Assembly: GCA_039815185.1 (NCBI GenBank)
Contig: JBCBZT010000008.1
Location: forward strand, 96,001-160,000
Reading direction: 5' to 3'
Source: Cyanobacteria bacterium P01_A01_bin.123
GTDB taxonomy: Bacteria; Cyanobacteriota; Cyanobacteriia; Phormidesmidales; Phormidesmidaceae
Length of the DNA stretch: 64,000 bases
Below the pieces are notes generated by a model. The model was not told the origin of the DNA. It worked only from the letters and a program-made list of their open reading frames with translations, and made no database searches. Shown in pieces: positions 38,503 through 49,649 of the stretch (its first letter is position 1; the number at the start of each line of letters is the position of its first letter). The translations under genes were made by a program, and so were the position numbers.

Positions 38503-38544
38503 CCCCCCTGCCCCCCAATTCTGGGGGGGGGGCTGAAGTTCAAA
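38503..38544. repeat. Partial CCCCCAATTCTGGGGG repeat
   Basis: Same motif as inside the MITE at 51467-51638. Confidence 0.65.
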
Positions 38545-38567
38545 TAATCACAAATCTAAAATCCAAA

Positions 38568-39749
38568 ATGGTCATGACATCAGGGTTACCACATCGGGGA
38601 TGGTCTAGATGGCTGTTAGGTGGGGTGCTAACCCTAGCCTTACTGTTAAGTAGTTGTACGCTACCCCAGGTTAGTGCGGAAGAGCGGCTATTTTTACACC
38701 TCTCACTGGATTTGGTGGGAACCTACACCCTGCCTAAACAAACCTTTGAAGAAACGCCTGTGGGTGGAATTTCTGCGATCGCTTATGATGCCGAACGCGA
38801 TCGCGTTTATGCCCTCTCTGATGATCGCGGACGACTTGCTCCCTCACGGTTTTATACCCTGAGGCTAGGGGAGACATCGAACACTTTAGACGAGATGACA
38901 ATCGAGTCAGTCACCCTACTCAGGGATGCAGGAGGTGAATTATTTCCCGTCGACAGTCTTGATCCAGAAGGGATGGCTTTATCTCCTCGCAATACGCTGA
39001 TGATTTCCAGTGAAGGCGTTGGTGTTAGCGGCTCCCCCCCTCGGCTGATGGAATTTGACCGCGATACCGGGCAGTTGATGACTGAATTTCGCTTACCCGA
39101 TCGCTATTTGCCCAGCCCAGATCCATCCAATCCTGAAGGTGGCATCACTCAAGGAGTGCAAGATAATCTCAGCCTAGAGGCCTTAACCGTGAGCGGTGTC
39201 CCCAGTCGCGGTACCTGGGTAGAACCTTTCCGCCTATTTGTTGCCACCGAAGGCCCTCTGCGACAAGATGTGGATGAAGACTTCGCGATCGCACCTAAGA
39301 ATCGCCTACTGCATTACCTGATTGGCCAAGATCAATCCACGCTGATTTCAGAACATATCTACCCCCTTGAGATTGCGCCAACTGGGGCTATCGTTAATGG
39401 CCTATCCGAGTTGCTCAGCCTTGATCAAGCTGGCCATTTTCTAGGCCTAGAACGGGCATTTGGGTTCAAAGGATTTGAGATTAAACTCTATCAATTGGCC
39501 ACTGGGGGGGCCACAGACAGCTCAACCCTGGTCAGCGCTAAAGGTGAGCTCAACGGAATTACGCCGATTCAAAAACAGCTTGTGCTCGATTTGGCTGATC
39601 TTGATATTCCCCTTGATAATTTTGAAGCTATGACCTTAGGGGTGCCTGTAGACAATGGCAATCAGAGCCTTTTATTAGCGAGTGATGATAATTTCGATGA
39701 CGCCCAAACAACCGAATTCTTGTTATTTAAACTACAACTTACTCCCTAA
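38568..39749 (+). CDS. Esterase-like activity of phytase family lipoprotein
   Basis: Lipobox LLSSC, GGISAI, ALSDDRG, DPEGMA, NLSLEAL, DNFEAM and SDDNF. Confidence 0.85.
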   Translation: MVMTSGLPHRGWSRWLLGGVLTLALLLSSCTLPQVSAEERLFLHLSLDLVGTYTLPKQTFEETPVGGISAIAYDAERDRVYALSDDRGRLAPSRFYTLRLGETSNTLDEMTIESVTLLRDAGGELFPVDSLDPEGMALSPRNTLMISSEGVGVSGSPPRLMEFDRDTGQLMTEFRLPDRYLPSPDPSNPEGGITQGVQDNLSLEALTVSGVPSRGTWVEPFRLFVATEGPLRQDVDEDFAIAPKNRLLHYLIGQDQSTLISEHIYPLEIAPTGAIVNGLSELLSLDQAGHFLGLERAFGFKGFEIKLYQLATGGATDSSTLVSAKGELNGITPIQKQLVLDLADLDIPLDNFEAMTLGVPVDNGNQSLLLASDDNFDDAQTTEFLLFKLQLTP

Positions 39750-39881
39750 ACGCTGCCTAATCTGACGGCCCTTAACGTAACCTGAGAACCGAGTAAATGC
39801 GGGGATTTAAGCCCTTCTCAGCCGCGAATTTGCCAAATGCTTTGTCAGATGTATGGTTTACGAGTCCCCCAAACCTGCTAG

Positions 39882-41069
<1,188 letters not shown>

Positions 41070-41225
41070 TCGTACTCGTTGCCCGAGTGTGGATGGTGGA
41101 ATGTTGGGTTGGTATGTATTAGCAAGATATTGATGCTGACCCAATCAGTCCGCTGCTTTAGGTTGGGCGAGCCTATATGGTTAAATTCCCTCAAGACTCA
41201 GTTTTTCAGCCCTGATGATATTGCC

Positions 41226-42359
41226 ATGCGTATTGCTCTATTTACCGAAACCTTCTTGCCCAAAGTTGACGGTATTGTGACGCGCCTCAAACACACCGTT
41301 GAACAGCTCCAGCGTCTTGGGGATGAGGTGGTTGTGTTTTGCCCGGATGGAGGCTTAACCGAATACAAAGGGGCTAAGGTATGCGGGGTGCCCGGATTCC
41401 CGCTACCGCTGTATCCAGAGTTAAAGCTGGCCTTTCCTCGGCCTTTGATTCGGGCAGAACTGGAGCAATTTCAACCCGATTTGATCCACGTGGTGAATCC
41501 GGCATTTTTGGGGATTTCGGGCATTTATTTTAGTAAGGTGCTCAATATTCAGCTGGTGGCGTCGTACCACACCCACTTGCCTAAGTATTTGGAACACTAT
41601 GGTTTGGGCATGTTGGAGGGGCTACTGTGGGAAATCCTCAAAGCTATGCACAACCAGGCGGAGATCAATCTAGCCACCTCCACGGCGATGCAAGCGGAAT
41701 TAAGCGACCATGGCATTGAGAATGTGCATGTGTGGCAGCGGGGGGTTGATACTGATCTGTTCCGCCCAGAATTGGCCAGTGCAGAGATGCGATCGCGCCT
41801 GAGCCAAGGCCACCCCGAGGCACCCCTACTACTCTATATTGGTCGTCTTTCAGCAGAAAAAGAAATCGACCGAATTAAACCCGTACTGGAGGCTATCCCA
41901 GGGGCACGGCTAGCGTTGGTAGGCGATGGCCCCCATCGAGAAGAGCTGGAAGCCCACTTTGCCGGCACGCGGACGAATTTTGTGGGCTACCTGGGCGGTG
42001 AAGAATTAGCGTCGGCCTATGCTTCAGGTGATGCGTTTATTTTTCCATCGCGTACGGAAACCCTAGGCTTGGTACTACTAGAAGCAATGGCGGCAGGCTG
42101 CCCGGTGGTAGCAGCTAATTCCGGTGGAATTCCCGATATCGTCACCGATGGCCAAAACGGCTTCATGTTTGATCCCCAAGATGAACAGGGGGCGATCGCA
42201 GCCACAAAGCGTTTGCTCGAAGTCTCCGCTGAACGAGAAACCCTACGACTCAATGCGCGTACCGAAGCCGAGAAATGGGGCTGGAACGGCGCAACGCGGC
42301 AGCTTCAAAAGTTTTATCGTCAGGTGGCGGGCGCTGGCTCCATGCCATTAGCGGCTTAA
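41226..42359 (+). CDS. sqdX: Sulfolipid synthase (GT4 glycosyltransferase)
   Basis: MRIALFTETFLPKVDGIVTRL, ASYHTHLP and ETLGLVLLEAMA. Directly after sqdB. Confidence 0.9.
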   Translation: MRIALFTETFLPKVDGIVTRLKHTVEQLQRLGDEVVVFCPDGGLTEYKGAKVCGVPGFPLPLYPELKLAFPRPLIRAELEQFQPDLIHVVNPAFLGISGIYFSKVLNIQLVASYHTHLPKYLEHYGLGMLEGLLWEILKAMHNQAEINLATSTAMQAELSDHGIENVHVWQRGVDTDLFRPELASAEMRSRLSQGHPEAPLLLYIGRLSAEKEIDRIKPVLEAIPGARLALVGDGPHREELEAHFAGTRTNFVGYLGGEELASAYASGDAFIFPSRTETLGLVLLEAMAAGCPVVAANSGGIPDIVTDGQNGFMFDPQDEQGAIAATKRLLEVSAERETLRLNARTEAEKWGWNGATRQLQKFYRQVAGAGSMPLAA

Positions 42360-42494
42360 TTAGCTGCTGACCTGACTCGTTGACGACCAACCTTAACGGT
42401 TTGTTCGGATGTTGAAATAAATTCAACTACGTTTCCCACCGGATTAGTTTTTAGTGCTACTTTTGTTTTGCTAAGTTGATGGAGTGGAGATATC

Positions 42495-43082
42495 GTGCGA
42501 TCGCGCCAGGTCAAAGCTGCTCGCAAATCTAAGTCAAAGCGATTGCGTCTCTGTCAACTCGCGATCGCAGCCTTGGCCCTTTGGTGGGGGCAAGGCCAGA
42601 TTCTCAGTTATTTTGACCAACCAGAAGTTGTCTTAGTGCTGGGAGGAGCCACCGAACGGGAAAAGTTTGCCGCCCAGTTTGCCAAAAACCACCCCGAGGT
42701 TGACATCTGGATTTCCTCTGGGGCCAATCCTGAATATGCTGAAATGGTCTTTGCCCAGGCGAATATTGACCGCGATCGCGTCCGGTTAGATTATGAAGCC
42801 GTAGACACCGTCACTAATTTCACTACTCTGGTAGCAGACCTCAAACGTCAAAACGTAGACTGCATCTATTTGATGACCTCCGACTACCATATGCGTCGAG
42901 CCAAGATCATTGGTCAAATCGTCTTGGGCAGTCAGGGTATTCGCTTCAAACCTATCCCTGTGCCCACTGATCGCGAATCTGAAAACTGGGTTAAAGGCAT
43001 CCGCGATGGTTTACGCTCAGTCGTCTGGGTTTTGACTGGGCACACCGGATCACGCTGGGGGCAAACCCTAGGCAAAAGCTAA
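42495..43082 (+). CDS. YdcF/DUF218 family protein
   Basis: VLVLGG, AVDTVTNF and TSDYHMRRA. Confidence 0.85.
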   Translation: MRSRQVKAARKSKSKRLRLCQLAIAALALWWGQGQILSYFDQPEVVLVLGGATEREKFAAQFAKNHPEVDIWISSGANPEYAEMVFAQANIDRDRVRLDYEAVDTVTNFTTLVADLKRQNVDCIYLMTSDYHMRRAKIIGQIVLGSQGIRFKPIPVPTDRESENWVKGIRDGLRSVVWVLTGHTGSRWGQTLGKS

Positions 43083-43181
43083 CGCGGTAAGGCGTAGCCA
43101 GGCAGACACATCGAAAAGTCAGGGTATACAATAAACACGTACTTTGAGGGACACTGCGCTAAAAATCGAGGTGATACAGTT

Positions 43182-43883
43182 ATGGTCTCCATTGCCGAAT
43201 CTCCCTATACCCAGGAGCAAGTAACCGTATGGCTACGCGGCTTGCTTTCCATGGCCTGGGCTGATGGTCATTTCGATGAAGAAGAAAAAGTCCTAATTAC
43301 AGATATTACCCAAGACGAACTCGCCCCCAGCCTTAACTTTGAGTCATTTGAGCCAATTTCGCCTGAAATCCTAGCTCAAACGCTGCCCCCCAAAAGTGAA
43401 ATTGCCGAAAACTTTTTGCGTATGGCAGTGATGGTCGCTTTGGCTGACGGGGTTTATTCCACCGAAGAAGACGAGATGCTGATTGGCTTTTGTCACGCTT
43501 TAGAACTCGATGCCGAAGTCCTCGCGTCGCTACAGTCCACTCTGTTTGACTTGAAAAGTGCAAGTGCACCAGCATCAGCCCCAGCCAGCGGTCTTACCCC
43601 ACCCGCTCATGGAGATGATCATAAGCTCGATCCCCTTGCCCCGGCACGAGAATGGCTAGACAAACTGGATGTGCATGATCAGCACATGGCACGGTTTTTG
43701 TGCAAAATGATTCCGTCCCAATGTCCCTTTGAACGGGATGTGAAGCTGTTTGGCCACAAGATTGTCCACATTCCCCCCATGTGCAAAATCAACCCCCTCT
43801 ATGAGCAACTTGTGGGCCTACGTTTCCGAGCACTGTCCTATCTCGCTGATGACTGTGGCGAAGATGTTACCCCCTATGTGTAG
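43182..43883 (+). CDS. TerB-like / 'Mo-dependent nitrogenase C-terminal domain' protein
   Basis: AWADGHF...ALADGVYS and C-terminal IPSQCPFERD...PPMCKINPLYEQLVGLRFRAL. Confidence 0.85.
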   Translation: MVSIAESPYTQEQVTVWLRGLLSMAWADGHFDEEEKVLITDITQDELAPSLNFESFEPISPEILAQTLPPKSEIAENFLRMAVMVALADGVYSTEEDEMLIGFCHALELDAEVLASLQSTLFDLKSASAPASAPASGLTPPAHGDDHKLDPLAPAREWLDKLDVHDQHMARFLCKMIPSQCPFERDVKLFGHKIVHIPPMCKINPLYEQLVGLRFRALSYLADDCGEDVTPYV

Positions 43884-43979
43884 GCGTTAAATCAACGTCA
43901 CCACTTGTGGAATTGAAGGGTTACGTAGTACCATTAAAGACTGTGTCCAAACTAAGCCAAAACTGTTTAACTGCCAACC

Positions 43980-44177
43980 ATGCCAAAGCTAAAGACCCGC
44001 CGCGCTGCCGCTAAGCGCTTTCGGAAGAGCGGTACTGGTAAAATCATGCGTCGTAAAGCCTTTAAAAACCACCTGCTTGAGCATAAAAGCACTAAGCGTA
44101 AGAGTAACTTGTCTAAAGCAAGTGTTGTTCACGAAGGTGATGTTGAAAATGTGACGTTGATGCTGCCCTATCTCTAA
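43980..44177 (+). CDS. rpmI: 50S ribosomal protein L35
   Basis: [14 protein letters not shown]...HLLEHKS. Confidence 0.97.
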   Translation: MPKLKTRRAAAKRFRKSGTGKIMRRKAFKNHLLEHKSTKRKSNLSKASVVHEGDVENVTLMLPYL

Positions 44178-44313
44178 ACAAGTCATCACAGTGATTTAGA
44201 GACTTGCGATGAGTTACTCATGACAACTGCCCGCGTACAGTGGGCACAACACTGGCATACAAAAAAGATACCAGCAAAACCGTAGGGATATAAGAACGTA
44301 GGGATTACTCAAA

Positions 44314-44664
44314 ATGGCACGTGTAAAACGCGGCAATGTTGCTCGTAAGCGCCGCAAAAAAGTACTCAAACTCGCAAAGGGCTTCCGGGGATCACACTCC
44401 AAGCTCTTCCGGACGGCAAATCAGCAGGTGATGAAAGCCCTGCGCTATGCTTATCGCGATCGCCGTAACCGCAAGCGTGATTTTCGGCGGCTATGGATTG
44501 CCCGCATCAATGCAGCGGCACGCGCTCATGGCATGAGCTACAGCCAGCTGATTGGAAAACTTAAGAAAGCCGATGTTCAACTCAACCGCAAGGTACTAGC
44601 TCAGATGGCAGTTCTTGACCCGGCAAGTTTTGGCAAAGTCGTTGAACTCGCCAGCAAAGCTTAG
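44314..44664 (+). CDS. rplT: 50S ribosomal protein L20
   Basis: MARVKRG...[16 protein letters not shown]. Confidence 0.98.
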   Translation: MARVKRGNVARKRRKKVLKLAKGFRGSHSKLFRTANQQVMKALRYAYRDRRNRKRDFRRLWIARINAAARAHGMSYSQLIGKLKKADVQLNRKVLAQMAVLDPASFGKVVELASKA

Positions 44665-44698
44665 GTCGAGACCTTTGTGAGACTAATGTCCCATCGGT

Positions 44699-45475
44699 TT
44701 GTTGATGCTTAGGGCAATTCTTGGTTTTAGCTTGGTATTGGGGGTGCACTGTGTTGCACCCTCATTTGCTGTATCTGCTGAGCTCGACGAAATCGAACAG
44801 CGGGGATATCTAGTTGTCGCGGTTAAAGACAACTGGCGACCCTTGGGGTTTCGAGATGAAACTGGCACCCTGGTGGGGTTAGAAATTGATATTGCACGCC
44901 AACTGGCTATTGAGCTTTTTGGGGATCCCAATGCCGTTGAGCTCAAGCCCGTGAGCAATCTTGAACGGCTATCAGTGGTGCTTAACGATGAGGTCGATGT
45001 GGCAATCGCAGGGGTAACGATGACCGAAGCGCGATCGCGCCTGGTTAGCTTTAGCATTCCTTACTACCTAGATGGCACAGGCATCATCACCCGCAACCCG
45101 GAAATTCAGCACAACCAAGATTTACATGGACGGCGAATTGGGGTGTTAGAAAATTCCAGCGCGATCGCGCTGATGCGCTATTTCTATCCCAGTGCCACGC
45201 TAGTCAGCACCGACTCGTATCACCAAGCCCTCTCACAACTTGAAAATAGTCAGGCCGATGCATTTGCCGGGGACGTTAGTGTACTAGCCGGCTGGGTTCA
45301 GGAACACCCTGAATATAAAATTTTGCCTTCATTAGTCTCTGCGGAACCTTTGGGAATTGTCATCCCCAAGGGCACTCAGTTCAGCCCCCTACGACGACAA
45401 ATCAATCAAAGTATTCAAAGCTGGATTGATAGTGGCTGGCTAGATGAGCGGGCTGATTATTGGGGTCTTCCTTGA
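44699..45475 (+). CDS. Polar amino-acid ABC transporter substrate-binding protein
   Basis: GLEIDIARQLA and RSRLVSFSIPYY. Signal peptide. Confidence 0.85.
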   Translation: MLMLRAILGFSLVLGVHCVAPSFAVSAELDEIEQRGYLVVAVKDNWRPLGFRDETGTLVGLEIDIARQLAIELFGDPNAVELKPVSNLERLSVVLNDEVDVAIAGVTMTEARSRLVSFSIPYYLDGTGIITRNPEIQHNQDLHGRRIGVLENSSAIALMRYFYPSATLVSTDSYHQALSQLENSQADAFAGDVSVLAGWVQEHPEYKILPSLVSAEPLGIVIPKGTQFSPLRRQINQSIQSWIDSGWLDERADYWGLP

Positions 45476-45559
45476 AGGCAATCGATTCGACTTTAAGCAT
45501 GACTTAATGGCTTATCTCGATAAAGCGTCAGAGGGCATGTCAATATGGACGCAGGTCAG

Positions 45560-45653
45560 TCACACCCGATTAAAAACTTGGCTAGGTCTGCAAGGTCTTA
45601 TGCTTTGTCCAAGAAAGCTTATCAATCAAAAAAGCTTATTGATCTGGATGTGG
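45560..45653. repeat. Repeat family A, longer degenerate copy
   Basis: TCACACCCGATTAAAA...GATCTGGATGTGG. Confidence 0.5.
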
Positions 45654-45686
45654 CCGGGGTTTATATCTTCCGTTTGAGCAGGGGTC

Positions 45687-46217
45687 ATGGAGAAAGGCAA
45701 CCTTTTAATCATCTATCTTGGAATTTTGCTCCTTCTGCTGGGCGTTGCAGCCTTTTTTGTAATTCGCCAGGTGTTCAAAACCCGACGCATTGAAAGCACT
45801 CTCTCGCGATTACAAAAAAAACTGACCAAAGAAAAAGGGACTGCCCGAGAGTATTACGAGTTGGGCAGTTTACTACTCGACAAAAAGCTTTACACCCAAT
45901 CAGCGCTTTACCTGCAACAAGCGTTGAAAAAGCTAGGGGATGATGAAGCGGTCAACGGGGCACTCGTCTATAACGCCTTGGGCTATACCTATTTTGCTCA
46001 AGAGCAATTTGACTTGGCCATTCGGAACTACAAAGAAGCCCTCAAAATTGCCCCAGACTACGTGACAGCACTCAACAATCTGGGGCACAGCTACGAGCGC
46101 AAACAGTTAGTCAGTCAAGCCCTGGAGTCCTACGAGGCGTCTCTTCAGCATGACCCTAACAACAAAACGGCAAAACGGCGGGCAGAGGCACTCAAAAAAA
46201 GATTAGTCGCCTCTTGA
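45687..46217 (+). CDS. ycf37: TPR protein, Ycf37/Pyg7-like PSI assembly factor
   Basis: N-terminal TM, RQVFKTRRIE, three TPRs (YNALGY, ALNNLG). Located downstream of rplT. Confidence 0.75.
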   Translation: MEKGNLLIIYLGILLLLLGVAAFFVIRQVFKTRRIESTLSRLQKKLTKEKGTAREYYELGSLLLDKKLYTQSALYLQQALKKLGDDEAVNGALVYNALGYTYFAQEQFDLAIRNYKEALKIAPDYVTALNNLGHSYERKQLVSQALESYEASLQHDPNNKTAKRRAEALKKRLVAS

Positions 46218-46380
46218 GTTCCCCATAGACATAAGAATACGTCAGACGAGCATTTCGATCAGAGCTGAGCGTGCTTCGAATCGCCTGATATCCTTGCCAA
46301 TTAAGCGATCGTAAAACAACGCGCCGTTCACCAATTGGCTGCGGAACTGGCTGTTTAATCAAAGGATGTGCAGTAACCAT
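46192..46380 (-). pseudogene. Truncated Uma2-family endonuclease fragment
   Basis: GERRVVLRSLNWQGYQAI...RLTY..GEL is a typical Uma2 N terminus. The ORF ends after 62 aa and overlaps the ycf37 3' end. Confidence 0.7.
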
Positions 46381-46439
46381 GGCAGAGCGTCATCACAGGG
46401 ATCGAGGAAACGTAGGCATGTCGCTACGCGTTAGCGTCA

Positions 46440-47306
46440 TCAAACACAAGCTGGCTCTTGAACTGCTGCCGTACTTGTGGGTTGCGGGATGGGAGTACAA
46501 TACACCTCAGCCGAATTATTTGGGCTTTCAATCAGCTTTACTTTATGCAGGTTTGCGCCAGTCTGCTGAATCGGAGCTTGAAGCAGGTCGCGGATGTGGA
46601 TAGCAATATTTTCTGCAGTGGGAACGACTGCGGCAAAATAGGCAATATCTTTGTTGAGGAAGGTGTGGTCAAAGGGTTCAACCACTCGATCATCCACAAT
46701 CTGTTGCAACTCGCCTAGGTCAGCGATCATGCCTGTACGTGGGTCGATTTCACCTTTTACCGTGATTTCTAAGTGGTAATTATGGCCATGGCCGTGGGGG
46801 CGGGCGCATTTGCCATAGATTTCGCAGTTTTCCTCATAGCTAAGACTCGGTAAAGCGAGGCGGTGGGCAGCGCTAAAGTGGGTGCTGAGGGTGAGATAAG
46901 CTTCCATGTTGTTTCCTTCGTACTCGGCCCAAAGTTCGGGGTGTTCAAACAGTTGAATTTTAGTCAGGGGCAGATGGGGAACTAATCGCTGCCAGATCAC
47001 CCGCGCCATATTTTCGGTGGTGGGTAAGGCTTGCTGAAATTCTGGCCAAGCATCATTTAAGTAAGAAAAATCAAGCTGCTGCGTTACGGCTTGCTTGATC
47101 ACGCGTTTCACGTCAGACAAATTGAGCACCATACCGTAGGCGTCCAATTCTCCCACCATGGAAACGTACAAGACATAGTTATGACCATGGCCCGGTGAAC
47201 GGGCACACAAGCCAAATTTTTGATGATTTTCGGCCTCGCTTAATTCAGGGAGCCAATACCGATGACTCGCCGAAAACTGGGCCCGCCGATTGATGATGCA
47301 TTGCAT
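46440..47306 (-). CDS. queD: Tandem-domain 6-pyruvoyl/6-carboxy-tetrahydropterin synthase
   Basis: Two units with FSA.HR...C...GHGHNY...PT.EN.A. Confidence 0.85.
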   Translation of the reverse strand: MQCIINRRAQFSASHRYWLPELSEAENHQKFGLCARSPGHGHNYVLYVSMVGELDAYGMVLNLSDVKRVIKQAVTQQLDFSYLNDAWPEFQQALPTTENMARVIWQRLVPHLPLTKIQLFEHPELWAEYEGNNMEAYLTLSTHFSAAHRLALPSLSYEENCEIYGKCARPHGHGHNYHLEITVKGEIDPRTGMIADLGELQQIVDDRVVEPFDHTFLNKDIAYFAAVVPTAENIAIHIRDLLQAPIQQTGANLHKVKLIESPNNSAEVYCTPIPQPTSTAAVQEPACV

Positions 47307-47556
47307 GGCAACGATTGTGCTGTCTAAGGTTAAGTTGCGTAAAGCAACCTCTCTCAGGATAGACGATATCGATTTCGATCTGCCCTAATCTCAGCGGGCG
47401 ATCGCATTTAGCGTGGCCATAATGGGAGAAATTTTAAAGTTTTATGTTAATTATGAGATTTTTGGCGCTGCCAAAATCATAAAAACCCTTGCCCAAAGAG
47501 GATTTTGGGTAATCCATCCGTAAAATCACAGGGATTGCTGACAAACGAGCAAAACT

Positions 47557-47570
47557 GTTAAATTGAATAC
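47557..47570 (+). promoter_or_regulatory. Candidate NtcA site overlapping an extended -10 element (repression geometry)
   Basis: tGTT-AAATTGAA-TACa versus consensus GTA-N8-TAC. Overlaps TGnTAAATT and ends about 10 nt before the riboswitch. Confidence 0.55.
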
Positions 47571-47580
47571 AGAAACAAAC

Positions 47581-47665
47581 CGTTCATCTCAATTCATTCC
47601 CTTTGAGATTCAAACGAAGGGAGTACTTGAGACGGAAGTAAGGATTTCTCCTGAAGGAACGCGCC
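47581..47665 (+). ncRNA. Glutamine riboswitch class I (glnA RNA motif)
   Basis: CGTTCATCTC...GAGACGGAAGTAAGG...CCTGAAGGAACGCGCC signature with a paired P2 stem, upstream of a DUF4278 gene. Confidence 0.88.
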
Positions 47666-47709
47666 TCAGCCAAAAACACCACTGACTGAAGCTTCTAGGA
47701 GGCGAATTC

Positions 47710-48129
47710 ATGAAACTTTGCTATCGCGGTAACGAATACGACTATAACCCGCCAGGGTTAGAAGTGACTGAAAGTGAAATTCTGTGTCAATATCGCGGTC
47801 GTCAGCTGCACTATTCTTACGTTGACCATATTCCGTTTCCACAATCTGTAGCCAACCTAAAATATCGCGGTGCAGCCTATCGCACCAATTCCATGGGTGA
47901 GGTAGAGATGACTAATCAACCCACAGAATCTATCTTTGCCAAACTCTCTAAACAGGCACTTAAAGTTAACTCAATGGCTGATGCGCGGCGTGCCCTTTTG
48001 CAAGAAGCCACCCGGGTTCACCGTGAAAACATTCAACGCAGTTTGATGCACCGTTTAGAAGTTGCGAAAGCCCAGGGTAATGAGGTGTTGGTTCATCAGT
48101 TAGAAGATGAAATGCATCAGATAGCCTAA
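47710..48129 (+). CDS. DUF4278 protein with PirA-like (PII-interacting) C terminus
   Basis: MKLCYRG and further YRG motifs. C-terminal HRENIQRSLMHRLEVAKAQGNEVLVHQLEDE. GGAGG RBS. Confidence 0.8.
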   Translation: MKLCYRGNEYDYNPPGLEVTESEILCQYRGRQLHYSYVDHIPFPQSVANLKYRGAAYRTNSMGEVEMTNQPTESIFAKLSKQALKVNSMADARRALLQEATRVHRENIQRSLMHRLEVAKAQGNEVLVHQLEDEMHQIA

Positions 48130-48167
48130 GACCCTATTCAAATTTGTGCTGTAGCTGGAGTAGTGTT

Positions 48168-48193
48168 GGGACGCCTAAAGGCGTCCCTTTTTT
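48168..48193 (+). terminator. Rho-independent terminator
   Basis: GGGACGCCT-A-AAGGCGTCCC followed by a T-tract. Confidence 0.85.
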
Positions 48194-48215
48194 GTCTCTG
48201 TTCACGAAGTTTGAC

Positions 48216-49343
48216 TTAAATCCCACGCTGTAGCTGCTTTTGCAAGGGGGCGTCCGCAGCAATGGTCAGGCTGGGATAGGGTTGGGTTTCTGGCGAAAGC
48301 GTGCGGGTTGACCATTGAATCAGTCGACTCCCTTTAGGTAAACGGGTATTGCTGTCACCTTGAGTCAACCAAATCAGCGCATGGTTTGGAATTCCGTGGG
48401 TACCTGAGTCTGAGGGGTGGATCGCGGCCAAAGTTGTGAGGATAGCAATTTTTTCGCTCAACAGCCCTGTTCTGGCCGTCCAGATTTGAGTTGGAATGCT
48501 CACCCGCAGCGCATAGACATAGAGTGAGGCTAAGGCAATGACGGCTTGCTCAAACGCTTGGTTAGTCCAGCTTATGGTAGTATCGAGCCCCAGCGTTAGG
48601 GTTTGGCCACTGGTATGGTTTTCGAGTTCGCGGACGCGCAGTTCACCATAGCGAGCACTAGTCCGCCAATGGATCAGCCGGGTTGGATCCCCCCATCGGT
48701 AGGGGCGGAGGGCGCGGGTTAAGCCTTCGGTAGCTGACTGAGCCCGTTGATCTTGATGCCACAGATAACTGTCGTCTTTGCCCATTAGATCTAACAAGGG
48801 ACAGTTTGTCAGGGGCAAGATGGTGGGGTAAACCACAGCTTTAGCGATCGCAGCTTGATAGCGACTACTCCAAAACAGGCCCAGGGGGGCTGCAGTGCGT
48901 AACTGCACCTGCTGCCAGTGATAAATACCTCGTCGCTGGGTCGGGATTTCATAACGCCAGTGATGGATAGCGTTGGGTCTAATGGCTGCGATCGCCTGGG
49001 TTTGTATCTTCCCCAAGGTTGGGGGAAGATGATCGTGCACCTGAATCAGCGCCTTAGCCCGAGGGGTAGTATTTTCGATGGTTAGGTCAATCAACAGGGC
49101 ATCCCCAGCACTCACCGGGCGAATCGGTTGACGGCTGATTTTTAACCCTTGCAGGTTGCGGGGGGGCAATGTTGCCGCGATCGCCAGCAGTGCCAACATT
49201 ACCCCACTCATGACGTAGAGCCAGCCAGCCAAAGTGTTAGTGGCCGCCCCAAAGAAAAAGATGGCGATCGCCATCAGTAACCAACCGCTATAGGCTGGAG
49301 TAATCCAGCGGGTTTCGAGCCAGTGGGTAACGCGGTTGAACAT
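48216..49343 (-). CDS. DUF58 domain protein
   Basis: RRG.Y, LRPYRWGDPTRLIHWRTSAR and LRVRELE. Confidence 0.88.
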   Translation of the reverse strand: MFNRVTHWLETRWITPAYSGWLLMAIAIFFFGAATNTLAGWLYVMSGVMLALLAIAATLPPRNLQGLKISRQPIRPVSAGDALLIDLTIENTTPRAKALIQVHDHLPPTLGKIQTQAIAAIRPNAIHHWRYEIPTQRRGIYHWQQVQLRTAAPLGLFWSSRYQAAIAKAVVYPTILPLTNCPLLDLMGKDDSYLWHQDQRAQSATEGLTRALRPYRWGDPTRLIHWRTSARYGELRVRELENHTSGQTLTLGLDTTISWTNQAFEQAVIALASLYVYALRVSIPTQIWTARTGLLSEKIAILTTLAAIHPSDSGTHGIPNHALIWLTQGDSNTRLPKGSRLIQWSTRTLSPETQPYPSLTIAADAPLQKQLQRGI

Positions 49344-49358
49344 GGCGTTTAGAAATTC

Positions 49359-49649
49359 CTACTTGCCACCGTAATAAAACGCGATTTCTTTTTCTTTTAG
49401 GGGTGCAAACCCAGCATCTAGCAGTTTTTGATTCAGGTCATCTTGGGCAATATGTTTTGCTCCAATGCGGACAATCCGCGATCGCATGGTGTTGCTTACC
49501 CCGCTGCGTTGACGATTCGCTTCTAACCCCATTACCTGCTGATACAGGGACAGCTTTTCGGCAGGAATGGGAGAACCATCGAGGTCAAGTCCTTGGGCGA
49601 TCGCCGTATCAACAGCATCAGCCCCTGTCGTGGTCGCATCAGTGCTCAT
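49359..49649 (-). CDS. DUF4090 family protein (Ssr1528-like)
   Basis: GLDLDGSPIP...RQRSGVSNTMRSRIVRIGAKH...EKEIAFYY. Confidence 0.85.
   Translation of the reverse strand: MSTDATTTGADAVDTAIAQGLDLDGSPIPAEKLSLYQQVMGLEANRQRSGVSNTMRSRIVRIGAKHIAQDDLNQKLLDAGFAPLKEKEIAFYYGGK

Noticed and set aside
41079..41225. 49-aa N-terminal extension of SqdX
   Set aside because: The conserved family start MRIALFTETF is at ATG 41226.
43182..43883. Nitrogen-fixation role suggested by the 'Mo-dependent nitrogenase C-terminal' family name
   Set aside because: The family occurs widely in non-diazotrophic cyanobacteria and no nif genes are present here.
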